A DNA stretch of 32,000 nt from Pseudoalteromonas tetraodonis (GCF_002310835.1 NZ_CP011041.1:2130001-2162000); one strand, 5' to 3'; numbered from the stretch's first letter, positions 1 to 8,771 are shown. Notes: generated by a model not told the origin, from the letters alone. Numbers and translations: made by a program.

Positions 1-1
1 A

Positions 2-721
2 GATTATAAGCTGATGCTCGAACAGCCTAAAATATTTCTCTTAGGTGTCGCTTCTGTCGCTATTTACCCATTAGCATTCTATACCTCAATGCGCTTATCA
101 GGTGTTGCCATTGGTACTGTAGTATCTATAGCCACTGCACCTTTTTTTGCTGGAATCCTTGAACGTCTTATTAGCAAAAAGGACATTTCATTGCAATGGA
201 TGTTGAGCTTTGTCATTGGTGCTATAGGTATTGCTCTGTTAACTTTAGGTAAAGACCAGAGTAATAATAATGCTTACAGTATCAATCAACAGGGTTTGGG
301 GATTATTTTAGGTTGTATTGCTGGTTTAACTTATGCAGGTTATTCATGGGCGGCAAGGTGTTTAATTGAAAGTGGCGTTCACTCAACATCGTCCATGTCT
401 GGGCTATTCGGTTGTGCTGCACTATTGTTACTTCCTTCATTATGGTTTACGGGTGATAACTTATTTTCAAGTTCATCTAATGCTTTCGTATCTTTATATA
501 TGGCAATAATTCCAATGTTTTTAGGATATTTATTATTTGGTTTTGGCTTGAATTATATAGATGCAAGTAAAGCGACATTAATCACCTTAATTGAACCATT
601 AGTTGCAACTGTTTTAGCTATAGTCATTATTGGGGAAAAATTTAAAGTAATAGGTTGGGCAGGCGTAGCTTTAGTATCACTATGCCTATTGATGCAAACA
701 ATCAAACCTCAAAAAAACTAA
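2..721 (+). CDS. EamA/DMT-family permease, 5' end probably outside window
   Basis: Polytopic hydrophobic protein with EamA-like C-terminal repeat (LIEPLVATVLAIVIIGEKF). Frame is open to the window edge upstream of the first Met at 14. 235 aa is short for the family. Confidence 0.7.
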   Translation, partial: DYKLMLEQPKIFLLGVASVAIYPLAFYTSMRLSGVAIGTVVSIATAPFFAGILERLISKKDISLQWMLSFVIGAIGIALLTLGKDQSNNNAYSINQQGLGIILGCIAGLTYAGYSWAARCLIESGVHSTSSMSGLFGCAALLLLPSLWFTGDNLFSSSSNAFVSLYMAIIPMFLGYLLFGFGLNYIDASKATLITLIEPLVATVLAIVIIGEKFKVIGWAGVALVSLCLLMQTIKPQKN

Positions 722-841
722 GGTTAGCCGTCAAAACAATGTAGATATATAGCCCTAAATATGCTCCTGAATTTGCTAAGGCTTAATGTCAGCATATGGC
801 TAAAAGCAGTCCATAGGTTTTCCTTTTGCTATCTACCTTAA

Positions 842-1093
842 TTATCTTTTGGCTGGCCGACTATCGCGGTAGACACGCATATTTTTCGTGTATCTAACCG
901 TACCAAGCTTGCCATGGGTAAAGACGTGGTAGCGGTTGAGCAAAAGCTCGAAAAAGTGATCCCCAAAGAATTTAAAGTAGACGTGCACCACTGGCTCATT
1001 TTACATGGACGTTATACCTGTGTGGCGCGAAAGCCAAAGTGTGGCAGCTGTATTATTGAAGATTTATGTGAGTTTAAAGATAAGACTGAATAG
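842..1093 (+). pseudogene. nth: Endonuclease III (nth) C-terminal fragment, no N-terminal two-thirds
   Basis: Translates to LSFGWPTIAVDTHIFRVSNRTKLAMGKDVVAVEQKLEKVIPKEFKVDVHHWLILHGRYTCVARKPKCGSCIIEDLCEFKDKTE*. This is near-colinear with the E. coli Nth C-terminus, including the 4Fe-4S Cys cluster C-x6-C-x2-C-x5-C. In-frame TAA at 839-841 lies immediately upstream. The upstream neighbour is an unrelated permease. Confidence 0.8.
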
Positions 1094-1297
1094 CTCCCAC
1101 CTGTTAAGATACGAAAGCGTACCTTAGCTTTGGCTTACCCAGTGTCATGTTGCGACATCGCTGGCTTAAGTTGTGTCGATTTCCACCCAAAAAAGAACAG
1201 ATAGGTAGCAAACTGATCTTTTAAATAAATTAACCACAAGATGTGCTTAGTAACTGTCTTCAGTAAATTAATGTTACATCTATATTCTTGCAGGGGG

Positions 1298-1852
1298 TTA
1301 TGAAGCAACCCCACTCTTGAACGATAAAAAAGCTAAATGTGCTGCCTTACCTGAACTGTAATTATCTAGATGACTCATCTTGTAACCTGCGTACAATAAA
1401 CCTTCAAAAAAATAAAAACCCCAATCAACACAGAAGTGCTTACTTAATAACCCCTCATCTTTCGCAAGTTTTATCAATTCTCGTATCTCGTTATCTTGCT
1501 GTTGTATACGAACTTGAAGCTTTTCACTTTTCTGAAACATCTTCTCGAATTTTTGCAAAAAAGCGAATTCCTCGTATAACGGCAAAGTATTTTCGAATAC
1601 AAGCCTAATAGCATCCAATGAGTCTTTAGCTTTATTTTCAACGGACATATTTACTTCATCAAAGCGGTCTAAACAATATAACGCAATCTCTTCTTGAAGC
1701 GCTTCCTTATGCTTAAATTGGCGGTACACCGTTGCTCTACCAACTTCAGCCCTTTTAGCCACGTCAACTAGCGTTGAGTCCTCGTTTTGAATAAACAGTT
1801 TTAACCCCGATTGAATAATTTTTTTTCTCGAATTATTTGTTCTTGCATCCAT
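1298..1852 (-). CDS. TetR/AcrR-family transcriptional regulator
   Basis: 184 aa. N-terminal HTH TLVDVAKRAEVGRATVYRQFKHKEAL is typical of TetR_N. Divergent from a membrane protein gene. Confidence 0.85.
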   Translation of the reverse strand: MDARTNNSRKKIIQSGLKLFIQNEDSTLVDVAKRAEVGRATVYRQFKHKEALQEEIALYCLDRFDEVNMSVENKAKDSLDAIRLVFENTLPLYEEFAFLQKFEKMFQKSEKLQVRIQQQDNEIRELIKLAKDEGLLSKHFCVDWGFYFFEGLLYAGYKMSHLDNYSSGKAAHLAFLSFKSGVAS

Positions 1853-1856
1853 TTTA

Positions 1857-1909
1857 TGAGACAGTCTTGTATCATCTATTAAGTTCCATTATGATACAGC
1901 AATGTCTCA
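1857..1909. promoter_or_regulatory. Candidate TetR operator: imperfect 19-bp inverted repeat in the divergent intergenic region
   Basis: TGAGACAGTCTTGTATCAT (1857-1875) and ATGATACAGCAATGTCTCA (1891-1909) match as reverse complements at 16 of 19 positions, 15 nt apart. They lie between the tetR start (1852) and the membrane gene start (1942). Confidence 0.45.
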
Positions 1910-1941
1910 AAAGTTAAAAATGAATTCTGTGGAGCAAGAGA

Positions 1942-3015
1942 GTGAATAGACTAATCGGTATTGACTTTGCAAGAGCGTTAGCGCTCTTTGGTATGGTTAT
2001 TGTCAACTTTAAGTTAGCCATGAACGCCGATATTGGCACACCACAATTAATAGAGTTTGCGGCTCTATTCGAAGGTCGGGCTTCGGCTTTGTTTGTTATA
2101 TTAGCGGGTATAGGTATTGCGTTTTTAACTAAAAAATGTGTTACCAGTGAATCACTTGAACACATCAAGCAAGTAAGAACCTCTTTGATAAAAAGGTCTG
2201 TTTTACTACTTTTGATTGGCTTGGCTTTTACACCTATTTGGGAAGCCGACATCTTGAAATTCTATGCATTCTATTTTTTGATAGCTGCATTATTATTTAC
2301 TCTTAGCAGCAAGAAACTGCTCAGTGCATCTATCGGTTTTGTTTTTGCATTTCCATTAATGTGGCTATTCTTTGATTACGAAAAAGGATGGGATTGGCTT
2401 GAGCTTAGTTATTCTGGTTTTTGGACAAATGAAGGAGTGATTAGACACCTTTTCTTTAATGGTTATCACCCAGTTTTACCATGGTGTGGTTTCTTGTTAT
2501 TTGGCATATGGTTGGGTAAACAAGATTTATCCAATGCTAATGTAAGGAAGTCTTTGTTTACATGGTCTTTAAGTATTTTACTTATTGTAGAAGCAAGCTT
2601 CTATATGCTGAGAATGTGGGCAGGAGATGACCCGTCTATTGGCATGTCAAAAGATGAAATTGAGTTTTTGTTAACCACGTCAATAATACCGCCGTTGCCA
2701 CAATATATGTTTTCAGCTGCAAGCTCTGCCGTTCTTGTTTTGCTGGTTTCTCTAAAACTAGCAAGTGTATTTCCTACCAACCGGTTAATTGAGTGGCTAA
2801 GCAAAACTGGGCAGTTAACGTTAACTCTGTATGTAGCACATGTCATTATTGGCATGGGAATTCTTGAGGCAACTGGCTTACTCGTTAATCAAACCATAGA
2901 CTTGTCAATATTTTCCGCATTGGTCTTTTGCATAATTAGCATAATTTTCAGTGTGTTTTGGCTCAAGTATTTTAAACACGGGCCTTTAGAATGGATTTTT
3001 AAAAAATGCACTTAG
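1942..3015 (+). CDS. YeiB/DUF418-like polytopic membrane protein
   Basis: 357 aa with many TM segments. N-terminus RLIGIDFARALALFGMVIVNF and C-terminal GPLEWIFKK resemble the DUF1624/DUF418 (YeiB) family. GTG start is preceded by GGAG. Confidence 0.6.
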   Translation: MNRLIGIDFARALALFGMVIVNFKLAMNADIGTPQLIEFAALFEGRASALFVILAGIGIAFLTKKCVTSESLEHIKQVRTSLIKRSVLLLLIGLAFTPIWEADILKFYAFYFLIAALLFTLSSKKLLSASIGFVFAFPLMWLFFDYEKGWDWLELSYSGFWTNEGVIRHLFFNGYHPVLPWCGFLLFGIWLGKQDLSNANVRKSLFTWSLSILLIVEASFYMLRMWAGDDPSIGMSKDEIEFLLTTSIIPPLPQYMFSAASSAVLVLLVSLKLASVFPTNRLIEWLSKTGQLTLTLYVAHVIIGMGILEATGLLVNQTIDLSIFSALVFCIISIIFSVFWLKYFKHGPLEWIFKKCT

Positions 3016-3112
3016 TAGGCCAAAACATTGTTCTAAAAAACTAAAACTATTGAGACTATTAGCCGTTTAATTAGGGTAAATAATGCTATGTCGATAGTAA
3101 CAGTCAGGAAGT

Positions 3113-3275
3113 TAATAAAAGCATCCTATAGGTATTACCTTTTGCATCTACTTTTATTATCTTTCGGCTGGCCGACTCAAACCTTGATAAGTTTGCTATG
3201 GGTAAGAACGTTGTTGAAGTAGAAAAGAAGCTCGAAAAAGTAGTGCCTAAAGAGTTTAAAGATAAAGCAGAATAG
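3113..3275 (+). pseudogene. nth: Second, more decayed nth 3'-end remnant
   Basis: About 80 percent nucleotide identity to 798-1093 (AAAAGCATCCTATAGGTATTACCTTTTGCATCTACTTTTATTATCTTTCGGCTGGCCGACT vs AAAAGCAGTCCATAGGTTTTCCTTTTGCTATCTACCTTAATTATCTTTTGGCTGGCCGACT). It encodes KFAMGKNVVEVEKKLEKVVPKEFKDKAE*. There are two internal deletions relative to copy 1, one between the direct repeats TTTAAAG, and a frameshift. Confidence 0.7.
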
Positions 3276-3572
3276 ATCCGTAAATAAAAAACGTTCATTT
3301 AGCACGATTGTTAATACTAAACCTCAATTATCAGGCTTATAAGAATAAGCTCAATGATTAATTCGTATTCCAGTGTTACTTTTTTGTTTATTCAAAGTAG
3401 GTGTCTAACTTTGGCACCTTTCATTTTTCATACCTTGTAAATCAATTCAAATAAAATCTGTTTATTCGTGATTTGCCGTAATTATTGGAACATTTTCAAA
3501 GTATTAATTTCACAAGCGTCAATCCTTTAGTTATGCTGTTGAGCATTATGAAATTTTATTACGAGAATTCCT

Positions 3573-5483
3573 ATGCTACCAATACTTCGTATCTTGTTAA
3601 TTGAGCAAGATCCAGTCACCTTACAAGAGCTTTCAACGAATCTGTCGAAGACCATTGTCAATTTTGAGCGAGATGATATTCATATCGATATTATTGAGCG
3701 TCTTGAGCTAAAACAAGCGTTGGACATTGTAGAGGAAGATGGTGATATTCAGGCTGTAGTGCTTAGCTGGGATTTGCAAAATAAGGTTGGCGAACGCACT
3801 TATAGTCGCTTTATCGAGCAGTTAAAAGGGATCCGCCTTGAGCTGCCTGTTTATGTTATTGGCGATGATACGAAGGGGCTAGAAATCGTTAATGAGTCGG
3901 AGGAGATTGAGTCTTTCTTTTTTAAAGATGAGGTAATTTCTGATCCTGAAGCAATTTTAGGCTATATGATCAACGATTTCGATGACCGCTCAGAGACCCC
4001 ATTTTGGACTGCGTACCGCCGCTATGTTGGCGAAGCAAACGATTCTTGGCATACACCAGGTCACAGTGGCGGCTCGAGCTTTAGAAATTCTCCTTATATT
4101 AAAGATTTTTATCAGTTTTATGGTCGTAATGTGTTTGTGGGCGATCTGTCGGTTTCTGTTGATTCGTTAGGATCATTATCAGATAGCACTAATACCATTG
4201 GCCGTGCGCAAGAGTCAGCAGCGGCGACGTTTGAAGTCAAGCATACCTATTTCGTTACCAATGGGTCGTCTACCTCAAATAAAATCATCTTGCAGACATT
4301 GCTGCGTAAGGGCGATAAAGTGATCATCGACCGCAATTGTCATAAATCTGTGCACTATGGCATTTTGCAATCAGCGAGTTTACCTGTTTATTTGTCGAGT
4401 ATTTTAAATCCTAAATATGGCATTTTTGCGCCGCCGTCGTTGGCCGATATAAAACAAGCGATAGAACAAAATACCGATGCAAAATTACTGGTTCTTACCG
4501 GTTGTACTTACGATGGCCTACTGAGCGATCTGAAACAGGTGGTCGATTTTGCCCATCAACATGGTATTAAAGTATTTATTGACGAGGCATGGTTTGCTTA
4601 CTCGCTGTTTCATCCAAGCCTACGATACTATTCCGCCATTCATGCTGGCGCTGACTACGTCACTCATTCGGCGCATAAAGTGGTATCGGCGTTTTCTCAA
4701 GCATCTTATATTCATGTTAACGACCCTGATTTCGATGCTGATTTCTTTCGTGAGATTTACAGTATTTACGCCAGTACATCGCCAAAATATCAGCTTATCG
4801 CGTCGCTTGATGTGTGCCAAAAGCAATTAGAGATGGAAGGCTATAAGTTACTCAATGCTTTGTTGAACCATGTGGAAGAATTTAAACAACAGATGGCTTC
4901 ACTCAAACAAATTAAAGTACTAGGTAAGCAAGACTTTATGGAAATATTTCCGCACTTCAGTGGTGATAACATGGGTCACGATCCGCTAAAAATTCTCATC
5001 GACATAAGCGAATTACCTTATTCGTTAAAGGATATTCATAAATACCTGCTGGATGAAATTGGCCTAGAAATAGAAAAATACACCCACAGTACCATTTTGG
5101 TATTACTCACCCTTGGTGGCACGCGCTCAAAAATAATTCGTCTTTACAATGCGCTCAAAAAACTCGACAGCGGTAAAGTCAAGTTGTCAAAGTCGACGCG
5201 ACGATCTCGCTTGCCTGAGAATCTACCAGCCATAGACCTTGCGTGTATTCCAAGTGATGCTTTTTATGGCGAGCGCGAATCTGTGCCTATCGGTAAAAGT
5301 AACAACCGTATTTGTGCCGGTTTAGTTACCCCCTATCCGCCAGGTATTCCGCTTTTGGTGCCTGGCCAGCATATTACTGAGGAACATATAGAGTACCTTA
5401 AAGAGCTAGCAGGACAAGGTTTGACGATTCAAGGGAGTTTTGATGGTGAAATCTATGTTCTTAAGGGCAAAGTTAATAAGTAA
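3573..5483 (+). CDS. Fold-type I Orn/Lys/Arg decarboxylase (LdcC/SpeC/AdiA family) with N-terminal receiver-like wing domain
   Basis: 636 aa. The PLP-lysine motif VTHSAHKVVSAFSQASYIHV closely matches the E. coli LdcI motif THSTHKLLNALSQASYMHV. The N-terminal 130 aa are CheY-like (ILLIEQDP...VVLSWDL). Confidence 0.85.
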   Translation: MLPILRILLIEQDPVTLQELSTNLSKTIVNFERDDIHIDIIERLELKQALDIVEEDGDIQAVVLSWDLQNKVGERTYSRFIEQLKGIRLELPVYVIGDDTKGLEIVNESEEIESFFFKDEVISDPEAILGYMINDFDDRSETPFWTAYRRYVGEANDSWHTPGHSGGSSFRNSPYIKDFYQFYGRNVFVGDLSVSVDSLGSLSDSTNTIGRAQESAAATFEVKHTYFVTNGSSTSNKIILQTLLRKGDKVIIDRNCHKSVHYGILQSASLPVYLSSILNPKYGIFAPPSLADIKQAIEQNTDAKLLVLTGCTYDGLLSDLKQVVDFAHQHGIKVFIDEAWFAYSLFHPSLRYYSAIHAGADYVTHSAHKVVSAFSQASYIHVNDPDFDADFFREIYSIYASTSPKYQLIASLDVCQKQLEMEGYKLLNALLNHVEEFKQQMASLKQIKVLGKQDFMEIFPHFSGDNMGHDPLKILIDISELPYSLKDIHKYLLDEIGLEIEKYTHSTILVLLTLGGTRSKIIRLYNALKKLDSGKVKLSKSTRRSRLPENLPAIDLACIPSDAFYGERESVPIGKSNNRICAGLVTPYPPGIPLLVPGQHITEEHIEYLKELAGQGLTIQGSFDGEIYVLKGKVNK

Positions 5484-5517
5484 AGATATACTTTAATACA
5501 GTCGAACTCCTCATAAC

Positions 5518-5548
5518 TAAACAGCAATATCACATGATATTGCTGTTT
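5518..5548 (+). terminator. Hairpin downstream of the decarboxylase gene
   Basis: TAAACAGCAATATCACATGATATTGCTGTTTA forms a 13-bp stem. No clear U-tract follows. Confidence 0.4.
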
Positions 5549-5602
5549 AGTAGAGTAAAAAGCTGATCCTCACACTCCAAAAATAAATGAAGCCAGAATG
5601 CA

Positions 5603-6634
5603 ATGATACAATTGAAGAACAAAAAAGCGCTTACACTTCTGCGGATTGCAGCTCTCATTGTTACTCTTACTAGCATATACATTTTTGCCCCTTGGCAGTT
5701 TGCTTTATATTACTTTCACCCACTGCCCGCTAATGTTCAAGCACAAACACAAGAGGCTATTGAACAAGGAGTCGATGGCATTATTGTGTATATTCATAAA
5801 CAAGGACTGCAACCTGAATATTTTACAAATGGTTGGCATAATAGAGAGCACAAAATACCCGCTTACCCTAGTGCACTTTTTAAAATTGGCAGCATTCGAA
5901 AGTTATATGATGCAGCAGCTTTAACTAAACTTTCAGCCGCTGGACGTATTGATGTAGATAAAACACTGGCTGATTATCTTCCATCGTTAATTGGACGCAT
6001 TGAAAACGCAGATAAAATAACACTACGAATGATGGTAAAACACAAAAGTGGCATACCCAATTACACAGACACTGATAATTTCGATTGGTCAATCACCTAC
6101 CCTGACCCACTTGCATTAGTACTCGATAAACCCGCTGATTTTAGCCCTGATGCTGACTATGGCTATTCTAATACCAATTATTTGTTGCTGCGAAAAATTA
6201 TGTCTAACGTGCTGGGTTATGATCATAACCAATATATTAAAGATGAAATTTTAACGCCTCTGGGCCTAACGCATACGTTTTCATCTGTACATGAAATCAA
6301 TTTAGTAGATTTGATGAGTGGTTACTACGTAGGTTATGAGAATGATTTTAAAGCACTCGATCAAGGCTATGTGGCAACCGCACAAGATGTAGGCGACTTT
6401 ATTTTTGCTTTAAACAAAGGCACTTTTTTCGACGAACAAGAGCAAGCTTTGTATGCATCACTTTATAAGTATGAACACACAGGTTGGGTATTAGGGTATT
6501 CAAGCATTGCTCGTTATTATAAAGATATCGATACAGTCGTTGTGCAGTTTATAAATACTAATGGCGATGATACTGTGATGCTCACAGAAATAATTTATAA
6601 TCGGATTATTGATATTTTAACTGCGCAGCAATAG
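5603..6634 (+). CDS. Serine hydrolase of the beta-lactamase/PBP (class C-like) family, membrane-anchored or secreted
   Basis: 343 aa with an N-terminal hydrophobic anchor. Three family motifs are present in order: S-x-x-K (SIRK), Y-x-N (YSN) and H/K-T-G (HTG). Confidence 0.75.
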   Translation: MIQLKNKKALTLLRIAALIVTLTSIYIFAPWQFALYYFHPLPANVQAQTQEAIEQGVDGIIVYIHKQGLQPEYFTNGWHNREHKIPAYPSALFKIGSIRKLYDAAALTKLSAAGRIDVDKTLADYLPSLIGRIENADKITLRMMVKHKSGIPNYTDTDNFDWSITYPDPLALVLDKPADFSPDADYGYSNTNYLLLRKIMSNVLGYDHNQYIKDEILTPLGLTHTFSSVHEINLVDLMSGYYVGYENDFKALDQGYVATAQDVGDFIFALNKGTFFDEQEQALYASLYKYEHTGWVLGYSSIARYYKDIDTVVVQFINTNGDDTVMLTEIIYNRIIDILTAQQ

Positions 6635-6688
6635 TATTTAAAACTAGCTGCGTTATAAAAATTTATATGAATTTTAAAGAGGATTTAA

Positions 6689-7090
6689 ATGCGTTTACTA
6701 CACACCATGTTACGGGTTGCAGATCTAGATAAATCAATTGCGTTTTATACTCAAGTACTTGGTATGAAAGAGTTACGCCGTGCTGATAACGAAGAGTACC
6801 GCTATACCCTCGCCTTTGTAGGCTACGGTGATGAAACTGACACAACAGTGCTTGAACTGACCTATAACTGGGATACCGACAGCTATGATTTAGGCAATGC
6901 CTATGGTCATATCGCGATTGAGTTTGATGATATCTATAAAGCCTGTGCTGATATCAAGGCCGCTGGCGGTAACGTAAGCCGTGAACCAGGTCCAGTAAAG
7001 GGTGGCACAACAGAAATAGCGTTTGTAAAAGATCCAGATGGCTACTCAATTGAACTTATTCAGAAAAAAGAAAATATGAATAAATTTTAG
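6689..7090 (+). CDS. gloA: Lactoylglutathione lyase (glyoxalase I)
   Basis: 133 aa. [30 protein letters not shown]...[10 protein letters not shown]...[25 protein letters not shown] is colinear with E. coli GloA. SD AGAGGA lies upstream. Confidence 0.95.
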   Translation: MRLLHTMLRVADLDKSIAFYTQVLGMKELRRADNEEYRYTLAFVGYGDETDTTVLELTYNWDTDSYDLGNAYGHIAIEFDDIYKACADIKAAGGNVSREPGPVKGGTTEIAFVKDPDGYSIELIQKKENMNKF

Positions 7091-7156
7091 TAAATATATT
7101 TAATAGGTTTACTAAGCGGCTTTTTAATTATTTAAGCTTAACTCTGATACAATTTT

Positions 7157-7182
7157 AAAAAAGGTGCTATATGCACCTTTTT
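7157..7182. terminator. Bidirectional intrinsic terminator between convergent gloA and the traR-like gene
   Basis: AAAAAAGGTGC-TATAT-GCACCTTTTT. A GC-containing stem is flanked by an A-run and a T-run. Confidence 0.7.
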
Positions 7183-7447
7183 ATCGTAATTGACTATCTT
7201 TACTGCCACGCCGATTAAGCCCTTTAGAAAGTGCGCCTTTACCTTCTAGTTCAACTTGGCAGCTTACACAATACTTAACACCTGGTAACGCAAGTCTTCG
7301 TGCCTGTGGTATTGGTTCATCACATTCTTCACATAGCTCGGCACTGGCTCCAGAAACTAAGTTACTTCTAGCATATTGCACAGCATCATTAACGCTGGCG
7401 TCGATTTGATCTTGAATTGCACCATCGCGTGCCCATCCACTTGCCAT
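7181..7447 (-). CDS. DksA/TraR-family C4 zinc-finger protein
   Basis: 88 aa with CEECDEPIPQARRLALPGVKYCVSCQ (C-x2-C-x17-C-x2-C). Strong SD GGAGG lies 5 nt upstream of the ATG. Confidence 0.8.
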   Translation of the reverse strand: MASGWARDGAIQDQIDASVNDAVQYARSNLVSGASAELCEECDEPIPQARRLALPGVKYCVSCQVELEGKGALSKGLNRRGSKDSQLR

Positions 7448-7674
7448 ATAACCTCCTATTTATTTGGACGTTTATATGTAACCTAACATAGGTGAAGTTT
7501 ATTTAAGCTGAATATAAGAAAGGGAAAGATGCTAATAAAATTTAGGAGTTATTATATAAAATATTTAATTTTGAGATTTTAACTTCACTGAATAATTCTG
7601 AGGTAATAATAGAAATGCAGATAAATTGATTTTAGATATTTTTAGTAAAAGCTGTCTTACTAATAAATAGTAGG

Positions 7675-7745
7675 TGGCGTATCAAGAGATTTTCACTCTT
7701 TTTAAAGTTGCGGATAGAGAGTGCGCTGTCACACTGCTGTATATA
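7675..7745 (-). pseudogene. Decayed tRNA-Glu unit at the promoter-distal end of the Glu array
   Basis: TGGCGTATCAAGAGATTTTCAC aligns with the TGGCGTCCCCAAGGGGATTCGAAC 3' end of the Glu genes. It is preceded by a spacer-like AATAAATAGTAGG (compare TTTAAAATAGGTAAG). No cloverleaf is left. Confidence 0.35.
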
Positions 7746-7763
7746 TTACTTAAAGTAAGTAAG

Positions 7764-7839
7764 TGGCGTCCCCAAGGGGATTCGAACCCCTGTTACCGCC
7801 GTGAAAGGGCGGTGTCCTAGGCCTCTAGACGATGGGGAC
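7764..7839 (-). tRNA. tRNA-Glu(UUC) copy 1
   Basis: Reverse complement reads GTCCCCATCGTCTAGAGGCCTAGGACACCGCCCTTTCACGGCGGTAACAGGGGTTCGAATCCCCTTGGGGACGCCA. Cloverleaf with anticodon loop CUUUCAC and encoded CCA. Near-identical to E. coli tRNA-Glu. Confidence 0.97.
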
Positions 7840-7932
7840 ACAGAATATGTGTCACTAGGACAACTGAATGGTTTGACTCGTTTCAGGCGAGCTGCTCAAT
7901 AACACTGCACTTCCCTATTTAAAATAGGTAAG

Positions 7933-8008
7933 TGGCGTCCCCAAGGGGATTCGAACCCCTGTTACCGCCGTGAAAGGGCGGTGTCCTAGGCCTCTAGACG
8001 ATGGGGAC
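7933..8008 (-). tRNA. tRNA-Glu(UUC) copy 2
   Basis: Same 76-nt sequence as 7764..7839, offset 169 bp. Confidence 0.97.
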
Positions 8009-8101
8009 ACAGAATATGTGTCACTAGGACAACTGAATGGTTTGACTCGTTTCAGGCGAGCTGCTCAATAACACTGCACTTCCCTATTTAAAATAGGTAA
8101 G

Positions 8102-8177
8102 TGGCGTCCCCAAGGGGATTCGAACCCCTGTTACCGCCGTGAAAGGGCGGTGTCCTAGGCCTCTAGACGATGGGGAC
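8102..8177 (-). tRNA. tRNA-Glu(UUC) copy 3
   Basis: Same 76-nt sequence, 169-bp period. Confidence 0.97.
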
Positions 8178-8270
8178 ACAGAATATGTGTCACTAGGACA
8201 ACTGAATGGTTTGACTCGTTTCAGGCGAGCTGCTCAATAACACTTCACTTCCCTATTTAAAACAAGTAAG

Positions 8271-8346
8271 TGGCGTCCCCAAGGGGATTCGAACCCCTGT
8301 TACCGCCGTGAAAGGGCGGTGTCCTAGGCCTCTAGACGATGGGGAC
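8271..8346 (-). tRNA. tRNA-Glu(UUC) copy 4
   Basis: Same 76-nt sequence, 169-bp period. Confidence 0.97.
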
Positions 8347-8439
8347 ACAGAATATGTGTCACTAGGACAACTGAATGGTTTGACTCGTTTCAGGCGAGCT
8401 GCTCAATAACACTGCACTTCCCTATTTAAAATAGGTAAG

Positions 8440-8515
8440 TGGCGTCCCCAAGGGGATTCGAACCCCTGTTACCGCCGTGAAAGGGCGGTGTCCTAGGCCT
8501 CTAGACGATGGGGAC
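8440..8515 (-). tRNA. tRNA-Glu(UUC) copy 5
   Basis: Same 76-nt sequence, 169-bp period. Confidence 0.97.
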
Positions 8516-8695
8516 GCAGAAATTGATTTGCAAATCACTGATTTGCTATTTCTGCGTAAGATGAGCCGAGCCTGCGAGGCGAATGGCATTATCTTCTCAG
8601 AAACATTTTCTGTGTCACTAGGACAACTGAATGGTTTGACTCGTTTCAGGCGAGCTGCTCAATAACACTGCACTTCCCTATTTAAAATAGGTAAG

Positions 8696-8771
8696 TGGCG
8701 TCCCCAAGGGGATTCGAACCCCTGTTACCGCCGTGAAAGGGCGGTGTCCTAGGCCTCTAGACGATGGGGAC
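8696..8771 (-). tRNA. tRNA-Glu(UUC) copy 6
   Basis: Same 76-nt sequence. Separated from copy 5 by an enlarged 180-nt spacer. Confidence 0.97.

Noticed and set aside
724-3275. The repeated module after each gene might be integron attC sites marking a cassette array.
   Set aside because: The repeats are clearly coding-derived (nth C-terminus) rather than imperfect palindromes with R''/R' cores. GTTAGCC at 723 does not fit GTTRRRY. No intI or attI is visible.
1339-6845. Embedded or antisense ORFs at 1339..1608, 1914..2252, 2601..2855, 3104..3298, 3982..4170, 4549..4830, 4620..4826, 5646..5924 and 6663..6845.
   Set aside because: Each lies inside or antisense to a longer ORF with clear family motifs, or over the nth remnant in the case of 3104..3298. 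They have low-complexity or odd composition and no recognisable motifs.
7448-7674. A long AT-rich gap between the traR-like gene and the Glu array might hold a hidden gene or sRNA.
   Set aside because: I could find no ORF with an RBS, no convincing promoter/terminator pair and no strong structure. It is probably degraded array flank.
7840-7932. The 93-nt Glu spacer might hide a tRNA. The minus strand has GCTCG-CCTGAAA-CGAGT, an anticodon-arm-like hairpin with UGA.
   Set aside because: There is no acceptor stem, D-arm or T-arm (GTTCRA). Position 33 is C rather than U. At best it is a very old remnant, which I cannot support.
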